From positions 1-32,065 of the forward strand of contig BTVV01000068.1 of assembly GCA_045863855.1 (NCBI GenBank): 32,065 nucleotides of DNA, written 5' to 3'. Position 1 is the first letter of the stretch. Every line of letters begins with the position of its first letter. Below are positions 25,785 through 32,065 of the stretch, one piece after another. Source of the stretch: Planctomycetota bacterium. Its GTDB lineage: Bacteria; Planctomycetota; SZUA-567; H5-PLA8. The position numbers were made by a program, and so were the translations under genes. Under the pieces are notes generated by a model. That model was not told the origin of the DNA and did not search any database. It was given only the letters and a program-made list of their open reading frames with translations.

Positions 25785-27308
25785 ATGCGTACTCGCCGAG
25801 ACCTCTTCCGAAGCCGCATCGCGCACCTGCTGCTGGCGCTTCCGGCCGTCTTCGCCGCCGGTTGCGCGATGGACACCCAGATCGCCACCGTCGTCCAGGC
25901 CGACGGCTCGGGCTCCCGCACGGTCCACCTGCAACTGCGCGACCTCGAACGCACCAAGGAAGCCGAGACCTATCCCGCCAAGCGCTTCATGCTTCCCGCC
26001 GCACCGGATTGGACGGTCGAAGACACCGGCGCCACCGCCCTGAAAGCGCGCGCCAAGTGGGCGCCGGGGCAGGCCGTTCCGTCGGGATACCGGCGCGACA
26101 TCCCGGCGCTGGAACGGACCGTCGGCGCCGAAGTGCGGCTCGAGGTCCGCGATCATTTCGTCTGCACGTCCTACCGCTACCTCGAAACGTACCGCGACGC
26201 GAATACGGCCGAAGAATTCCAGGAGACGCTGCTGGCCGAATACGAACGCTTCCAGCTTTGGATGTACCGGGAAGCCGAACGAGAGCTTGCCGCGACTCAC
26301 GAACTGGAAGCCATGAAGAAGTACCTGGAGAAGGATCTCCAGAAGCTCGTCGCCGACTCCGCCGAACGCCTGCCGAAGAGCGGCATCATGTCGACGCTGG
26401 GCATCGTCGCCTTTCGCCTGGCCATGGGCGGTTTCCCGATCAAGAACGCGAACCAGCTTTTCGAGACCGATCCGCGCGACGTGATGCGCCTGCTGGCGCG
26501 GCATTGCCTCAACCGTACGCGCCTGAAGCCCGACTCAAAGCTCGAACGCGACGGCGCAGCCATTCGCCTCGCGCTGGAAAAGCTCGTCGGCGGAGATGTA
26601 GACGAACAGGAACTGGCCAATCAGGAGCTGCTCAAGCTCGGACCGCTCGCGTTGCGCGCCGCGCAATCCGCGGCCAAGGAAGCGCACGGGAAGGACCCCG
26701 AAAGCGGAGCGGCCAAGCGTTTGGGCAAACTCGCGGCGGACCTGGAGGCCGCGCTGGAAGCGAAATTCGACGCCCTCGCCAAGCGCCTTGCCGCCGAACT
26801 GGAGGACTACTACCTCAAACCCCCGGCCGCCGAAAAGCCCGCGCGCGAGAAAACGCTCGCCCGCATGCTGGGCGGGCACATCGAAGCCAACTTCGCGTCG
26901 ATCGAGTACTTCTTCCTCGTGCGATTGCAGCTCCCCGGCGAATGGGCCTTCGTCGGACCCAACGGGCACAAGTTGGAGGACGGGACCGTGCGCTGGAATT
27001 TCAGCGCCCTCGATTTCTTCCTCAAGGATTTCGCCTGCGAAGCGCGCTCGCGCGTCTGGAAGGACGAACCGCTCGCCAAACTCGGCGCGGCCCTGTACGG
27101 CCCCGGCGAAGCGCTGACCGTCCGCGAGCGCGAACAGCTCGACGAAGAACTCGCCAAGCATCCCGAGGCCGTGGTGAAGGAGGTCGTCGCCGCGCTGCAA
27201 GCCTGCGCCGAACAAGCCGGTCGCGCGCCGCTGGACACGCTCGCCGAAAAGGATTCGCCCGCGGGGAAGGTGGCGCAAGAGCTCGCAAAGGCGCTGGGAA
27301 ATAAGTAG
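25785..27308 (+). CDS. Putative lipoprotein, LppM/DUF3153-like termini with a helical insertion
   Basis: Lipobox 'FAAG-C', 'VQADGSGSRT' near the N-terminus, 'VRLQLPG...NG...DGTVRW' near the C-terminus. Confidence 0.7.
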   Translation: MRTRRDLFRSRIAHLLLALPAVFAAGCAMDTQIATVVQADGSGSRTVHLQLRDLERTKEAETYPAKRFMLPAAPDWTVEDTGATALKARAKWAPGQAVPSGYRRDIPALERTVGAEVRLEVRDHFVCTSYRYLETYRDANTAEEFQETLLAEYERFQLWMYREAERELAATHELEAMKKYLEKDLQKLVADSAERLPKSGIMSTLGIVAFRLAMGGFPIKNANQLFETDPRDVMRLLARHCLNRTRLKPDSKLERDGAAIRLALEKLVGGDVDEQELANQELLKLGPLALRAAQSAAKEAHGKDPESGAAKRLGKLAADLEAALEAKFDALAKRLAAELEDYYLKPPAAEKPAREKTLARMLGGHIEANFASIEYFFLVRLQLPGEWAFVGPNGHKLEDGTVRWNFSALDFFLKDFACEARSRVWKDEPLAKLGAALYGPGEALTVREREQLDEELAKHPEAVVKEVVAALQACAEQAGRAPLDTLAEKDSPAGKVAQELAKALGNK

Positions 27309-27346
27309 CGCGCCGCTCCCGCTCGAGCCGCAAGCGGCGGCCGTTC

Positions 27347-27367
27347 TTACTTTTTACTTTTTACTTT
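27347..27367 (-). repeat. Perfect heptamer tandem repeat (AAAGTAA)x3 at the tsaD 3' end
   Basis: Plus strand TTACTTT at 27347, 27354 and 27361. Confidence 0.85.
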
Positions 27368-28408
27368 TCGCCGCTTCGGCGTCGGATCCACATCCAGCTC
27401 CCAGCCGTCCGCTTCGCCGCGCGCCAGCCGGTGATAAGCCAGCCCCGCGGTCATCGCGGCGTTGTCCGTGCACAGCGCAGGCGGCGGAAAAAAGACACGC
27501 AGCTTCGGCTTCGCGGCCTCCGCGCGCGTTTGAAAAATCTCGCGCAGGCGTTTGTTGCACGCCACGCCGCCGCCCACGGCCGCCGCGTCCAACTTCAGCC
27601 GCAAGCACGCGCTCAGCGTCTTCTCGACCAATATGTCGCACGCCGCTTCCTGGAACGATGCCGCCAAGTCCGCGCGCTGCGCATCGCTCAGCACCGCCGG
27701 CTCCTTACCCTTTCCGCGCCCGCTCGCGCCGCCGTGAAGTTTGTAGTACACGGCCGTCTTGAGCCCCGAGAAGCTGAAGTCCAGCGAATCGCCGGGCTTC
27801 TCGTTGGGACCGCAGCGCGGAAATTCGACCGCGTGCGCGTTCCCCGCGCTCGCGCAGCGCGACAGCGCCGGCCCGCCGGGAAACGGCAGCCCCAGCAGCT
27901 TCGCCACCTTGTCGAACGCTTCGCCCGCCGCGTCGTCGCGCGTCTGTCCCGCCAGTTCCAGACTTCCCGGCGCGTCCACGCGATACAGGCACGTATGCCC
28001 GCCGCTCACGATCAGCGAAACGTGCGGATACACCTCGAAGCCCGCCAGATGCGCGGCGTAGACGTGCGCTTCGATGTGATCGATGCCCAAGAGCGGCTTG
28101 TTCCAGGCCAGCGCCAGACCCTTGGCCGCGGCCACCCCCACCAGCAGCGCGCCCACCAGGCCCGGCCGGTTGACGACGGCCACCGCGTCGAGATCCCGCG
28201 GCGAGCAGCCGGCCTGCGCGAGCGCCTCGTCGGCCAGCGCGGTGATCCGCTCGGCGTGCGCGCGCGCGGCGACTTCCGGAACCACGCCGCCGAAGGGGCG
28301 ATGCAGATCGTGCTGCGTCGCGACCACGTTGCTCCGGATCGTCCGACCGTCTTCGACGACCGCGGCGCCCGTCTCGTCGCAGGAACTTTCCAGACCCAGC
28401 ACCAGCAT
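27347..28408 (-). CDS. tsaD: tRNA N6-threonylcarbamoyladenosine transferase subunit TsaD
   Basis: 'LGLESSCDETG', 'GGVVPEVAARAH', 'HIEAH', 'VSGGHT', 'DDAAGEAFDK', 'FSFSGLKTA', 'CTDNAAM'. Confidence 0.96.
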   Translation of the reverse strand: MLVLGLESSCDETGAAVVEDGRTIRSNVVATQHDLHRPFGGVVPEVAARAHAERITALADEALAQAGCSPRDLDAVAVVNRPGLVGALLVGVAAAKGLALAWNKPLLGIDHIEAHVYAAHLAGFEVYPHVSLIVSGGHTCLYRVDAPGSLELAGQTRDDAAGEAFDKVAKLLGLPFPGGPALSRCASAGNAHAVEFPRCGPNEKPGDSLDFSFSGLKTAVYYKLHGGASGRGKGKEPAVLSDAQRADLAASFQEAACDILVEKTLSACLRLKLDAAAVGGGVACNKRLREIFQTRAEAAKPKLRVFFPPPALCTDNAAMTAGLAYHRLARGEADGWELDVDPTPKRRKVKSKK

Positions 28409-28474
28409 GAGCGAACTCTTTCGTATGCGCGGCGCGTTTGCGAAATACGCAAACCCGTACGGCGGCGGCTCCGC

Positions 28475-29824
28475 CTACTGCGCCTTCATCTGCTCCAGCA
28501 GCACCGTAATGGCCTTCTCGAGCTGCGTATCGTGAAACGGCTTTTCGGCCGGCGCTTCGGCGCCCGGCGGCAGGGCCGGAACCGCCGGCGCTTCGCCGCC
28601 GTTGCGGCGCGGATCGTTATTCTCCAGCCGCCGCTTGCGACGCCCCAGCAGCAGCCCGCGCAATTCTTCGTCCCCGAACTTCACCTCGTGGTCCGGCTTG
28701 ATGCCTTTCCCGTCGATGCTTTCGCCGGACGGCGTGTAATACTTCCCTGTCGTGAGCTTCAGCGCGCCCTCGCCCAGCGCGCCCAGTTCCACCGGTACGA
28801 TCGTCTGCACCGAGCCTTTGCCGAACGACTTCTCGCCCACCAGCGCCGCCCGGCCGCGGTCTTTCATGCAACCCGCGACGATCTCGGATGCCGACGCGCT
28901 GCGCCCGTCGATCAGCACCGCGATCGGATAGCCTGGGTGCGTGCCTTCGCCGCGCGCGAAAAAGACCTCCTCTTCCGTCGCGCCGTCGCGGTCGGCACGC
29001 GCGCGCGTGCTGACCAGTTTCCCGTCGGCCAGGAACAGATCGCAGACGTCGATGGCGCTGGTGAGCAGCCCGCCGGGATTCTGGCGCAAATCGAGGATCA
29101 GCGCCTGCATCCCCTGCGCTTCCATGCGCCGGATCGCCGCGTCGAGGTCCGCCGCCGACTCTTCCTGGAACTGGATCAACTGCACGTAACCGATCTTCGA
29201 CGCTTCCGCCGGCACGCGCGCCGCGAAGGTTTCCGGCGCCCCCAGCAGGCCCCACTCCTGCACCGATTGCACTTTGATGATGTCGCGCACGACCTTGAAA
29301 TCGACCGGCTGCTCCACCCCTTCGCGCCCGATGCTCAAGACCACCGTGCTCTTCGGCGGCCCGCGCAACAGCCGGCTAGCCGCGGCCAGATCCATATTCT
29401 CGGTGCTCGTCCCGTCGATGGCCAGGATGCGGTCCTGCGGCAGCAGCCCTGCCTTGAAGGCCGGCGTATCGGCCAGCGGCGTGACGATCGTCAGTCCGTG
29501 CTCCTCGTCGTCGACGATCTCGATGCCCAGCCCGCCGAAATGCCCGCTCGTCGAACTCTTCTCCGACTCGTAGCGCTCCGGCGGCCAGAAGACCGTATGC
29601 CGGTCCAGCGCCGAAGCCATCCCTTCCAGCGCGCCGTAGAAAAGCTTCTTGCGGTCCACTTCGTCGACGTAGCGGTCGTCGATCAGACGCCGCAGTTCGC
29701 GGTACGCGTCCTGCTCCTGCGCGAGCCCCAGCGCCTCCGCGCGGTTGACCCACGCTTCGCCGCGCAACGCCAGCGCCATCAACAACGCGCAGAGCACCAG
29801 CCAGACCAGCGTGCGTCGAGACAT
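28475..29824 (-). CDS. ctpA: S41 family carboxy-terminal processing protease with PDZ domain
   Basis: 'FGGLGIEI', 'LDLRQNPGGLL', 'SASASEIVAG', 'SFGKGSVQ', 'YYTPSG'. N-terminal signal/TM segment, GAGG RBS. Confidence 0.93.
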   Translation of the reverse strand: MSRRTLVWLVLCALLMALALRGEAWVNRAEALGLAQEQDAYRELRRLIDDRYVDEVDRKKLFYGALEGMASALDRHTVFWPPERYESEKSSTSGHFGGLGIEIVDDEEHGLTIVTPLADTPAFKAGLLPQDRILAIDGTSTENMDLAAASRLLRGPPKSTVVLSIGREGVEQPVDFKVVRDIIKVQSVQEWGLLGAPETFAARVPAEASKIGYVQLIQFQEESAADLDAAIRRMEAQGMQALILDLRQNPGGLLTSAIDVCDLFLADGKLVSTRARADRDGATEEEVFFARGEGTHPGYPIAVLIDGRSASASEIVAGCMKDRGRAALVGEKSFGKGSVQTIVPVELGALGEGALKLTTGKYYTPSGESIDGKGIKPDHEVKFGDEELRGLLLGRRKRRLENNDPRRNGGEAPAVPALPPGAEAPAEKPFHDTQLEKAITVLLEQMKAQ

Positions 29825-29873
29825 GCGGACACCTCAGGACGCCCTGCAAAACGTGCGGGCCGGCACAAGCCAA

Positions 29874-29915
29874 GAACATTCGAAATTAGAAATTAAAAGT
29901 CCAAAATGAAAAGCG
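29874..29915 (+). repeat. Degenerate A-rich heptamer tandem array
   Basis: GAACATT CGAAATT AGAAATT AAAAGTC CAAAATG AAAAGCG, with a 7-nt period. Confidence 0.5.
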
Positions 29916-29997
29916 AATCGGCGCAAAATCCAGCCTGCGTCAGCCGCCTCTTCCCCTGTCCTTCGAAACGGCTCCTCCCCACCTCGGCTGGCTTCGC

Positions 29998-32064
29998 TTA
30001 CTGTTCGAGCGCGCCCTTCGAACCCGGCTCCACCGGCATCTGCTGCAGGCGGAACAGCGCGTAGGGCCACTGGCGCTGTTCCTTGGCTTTGCCGGCGGCG
30101 GACTCGAAGGCCGCGGCCGCGCCCGGCAACTGCTGGTCGCCCACCAGCCGCATCACCTTCAGCATCTCCCACTCGGTCTCGTTGAAGACCGAAGGTCCGC
30201 CCACGCGGCGAATCTCCTCGTCCAGCTCCTGCGGGCTGTAGCTGCCCGCCAGATAGCGCCCGGCGACATGCGCCTCTTCGGGCAGGTCGGCGCTGTTCTC
30301 CAGCGCCAGGCCCAGATCGGTGGGGTTCCCGTTGCGTCCCAGTACATCCAACGCGCCCAGGCGCAGGGCCGCGCGCGAGCGCAGATCCGGATCGGCCTCG
30401 GGGTGCGTGCGCAGGTCTCGCCACGCCGTCGCGGCGCGTTCGACGAAGCCGCCCGCCAGCAGCAGGTCGGCGCGATGCAGCCGCCAAGCGCGGCCGTCCG
30501 CCGACTCCAGCGCCAACTGCTCGATGACGCCTTCGTCCATCGCCACCACCGCCTTCTCGCGTTCCGCCGCCGGCAGCGCTTCCATCGCCAGCACCGCGCG
30601 CAGCCGAAGCGCCGCACGCTGCGACGGGAAGAGCCACCAGGCCTTCGCGCAGAAGACCAGCGCCGGCTGATACTGTTCCTTGCTAATCAGTTCCTCCGAA
30701 ACCTTCGCCGCCAGCGTGCCCAGTTCCGCCGTCGGATAAGCCTGCTGGACCTTGAGCAATTGCGGATGCCGCTCGCCGGCGTACGCGGCCGCCTTCGCCG
30801 CCAGCGCGAACGCCGCGCGCGAAACCTCGGCGTGCTCCGCCGCCACCTGCGTTCGGCAATACGTCAACAGGCCCAGCGCCGCGTCGAACGCGTCCGGCGC
30901 TTCGCTGGCCGCCAGCGTCTGGACGGCCTTGGCGAAGACCACCGCCAGCCCCGCGTCGCTCCAGGCCTGGTGCAGCGTGCGCACTTCCACCGGCCGGCCC
31001 CCGTTCACCAGCGCCAGCCCGTACGCGCGCACGCCCGCCGCCAGCTTCTGCCCTTCGGGCTGCAGCGGCGTGACCACGCCGCGCGCCACCGTCAGGATCC
31101 GCAGCAGCGGCTCGCGCTCGTGCTGGACCAGTTCGGCCGCGCGCTCGGCCAGCACCACGCCGAGGCGGTCCACCAGCAGCGGGCGCGGGAGCAGGTCGAG
31201 CGTCCCGCGCGCCGTGTCGAAGCGCGCGTCGCGCAGGGCGTTGGCGAGCAGTTCGGCGCCGGCCTGTTCGAGCGGCTTGTTGTCCGTCTCGTCGCGGAAG
31301 TTCAGCGCCGCGTATTGCAGCGTCTCGAAGGCTTCCGGATGCCGCCCTTGCAGCGTCAGGCGGTGCACGATGCCTAGGAACGCCGGGCGCAGCGCGCCGG
31401 CGGGGAACGACTGATGCAGCGCCACCAGATCCTTCACCCGGTCGGCCGCGGCCAGTTGCAGGCCCAGCTTTCCGGCCAGCGCGCCCAGCCGCCGCGAGCC
31501 CGGTTCGAGACCCATCAGCTTGAACAACCCCAGCGCCAGGTCGGCCGTCTCCTTCTTTTCTTCGCCGGCCAGCACCGCGCCCACGAGCGGCTGCAGTTCC
31601 CAGCCGAACGGCTCGCCCAGCCCGCGCGCGCGCGGCGCGTGCCGCGCCAGCGCCTTGGCCAGTTCCGGCAGCCGCGCCAACTCGGGCTCGGCGTTCACCC
31701 AACTCCCGTCCCGCGTCGCGCGGATCAGCCGGCGCAGGCGCACCTGGCCCTCGATCCGCGACGTCTCGTCGCCCGCCGGGCAGCGCCGCAGCAAGTCCAG
31801 CGCATTGGCGTAATAGTGGTCCGCCGCGCGCCCGCCTTCGTGCCAGAGTTCCTGGACCAGCCCGAGGTAGTACAACGCCAGCGCCGCGTCGGTCAGCTCG
31901 CGCGGCTCCGGCGCTTCCATCTCGCGCACCGTCTCGTAAATCATCTTGAGGTCGCCTTCGGCCTCGTTGTGATCGCCCTTGTAGAACTTGTCCAGCGTGT
32001 GCGTCAGCGAGTCGAGCTGCTGCGGGTACACCTTGCGCTGCACCACCGCTTCCACCACTTCGAA
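29998..32064 (-). CDS. Large alpha-helical repeat (TPR-like) protein, 5'-partial
   Basis: Frame is open to the window edge. Ala/Leu-rich helical repeats such as 'ALALYYLGLVQE'. No catalytic motif seen in this part. Confidence 0.75.
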   Translation of the reverse strand, partial: FEVVEAVVQRKVYPQQLDSLTHTLDKFYKGDHNEAEGDLKMIYETVREMEAPEPRELTDAALALYYLGLVQELWHEGGRAADHYYANALDLLRRCPAGDETSRIEGQVRLRRLIRATRDGSWVNAEPELARLPELAKALARHAPRARGLGEPFGWELQPLVGAVLAGEEKKETADLALGLFKLMGLEPGSRRLGALAGKLGLQLAAADRVKDLVALHQSFPAGALRPAFLGIVHRLTLQGRHPEAFETLQYAALNFRDETDNKPLEQAGAELLANALRDARFDTARGTLDLLPRPLLVDRLGVVLAERAAELVQHEREPLLRILTVARGVVTPLQPEGQKLAAGVRAYGLALVNGGRPVEVRTLHQAWSDAGLAVVFAKAVQTLAASEAPDAFDAALGLLTYCRTQVAAEHAEVSRAAFALAAKAAAYAGERHPQLLKVQQAYPTAELGTLAAKVSEELISKEQYQPALVFCAKAWWLFPSQRAALRLRAVLAMEALPAAEREKAVVAMDEGVIEQLALESADGRAWRLHRADLLLAGGFVERAATAWRDLRTHPEADPDLRSRAALRLGALDVLGRNGNPTDLGLALENSADLPEEAHVAGRYLAGSYSPQELDEEIRRVGGPSVFNETEWEMLKVMRLVGDQQLPGAAAAFESAAGKAKEQRQWPYALFRLQQMPVEPGSKGALEQ

Positions 32065-32065
32065 G

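Noticed and set aside
1..32065. CRISPR arrays, tRNA/rRNA genes, IS elements, prophage genes, in-frame recoding
   Set aside because: No repeat-spacer array, cloverleaf, transposase/integrase motif or interrupted conserved gene was seen by eye. An Infernal or tRNAscan run would be needed to exclude small RNAs.

Overview
GC-rich bacterial window with about 27 densely packed CDS. It is probably from a Planctomycetota genome; this is inferred from a prepilin/H-X9-DG (DUF1559-like) gene, a PSCyt1-like cytochrome domain, many TPR proteins and 'FSL' motifs. No rRNA, tRNA, CRISPR array or transposase was recognised. In order: (1) a + strand redox cluster of flavin reductase (partial), VOC protein, a Rieske protein with a four-repeat His-containing helical region, and a small CYC-motif protein; (2) two membrane proteins and a secreted TPR-metallopeptidase; (3) a secreted thioredoxin-fold/TPR/tetraheme cytochrome c fusion; (4) a coupled TPR-AAA+ ATPase and TPR-membrane protein pair; (5) DUF711; (6) an operon of a DUF3750-like protein, a long TPR lipoprotein and a membrane protein; (7) a - strand run of beta-helix enzyme, LacI, His-phosphatase, CN-hydrolase and trpA; (8) a prepilin-like gene behind a 550 bp structured intergenic region; (9) a lipoprotein, tsaD, an S41 protease and a partial helical-repeat protein. 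The best candidates for undescribed systems are the Rieske/His-repeat cluster, the TPR-AAA/TPR-membrane pair and the cytochrome fusion. Family names come from motifs recognised by eye, not from database searches.
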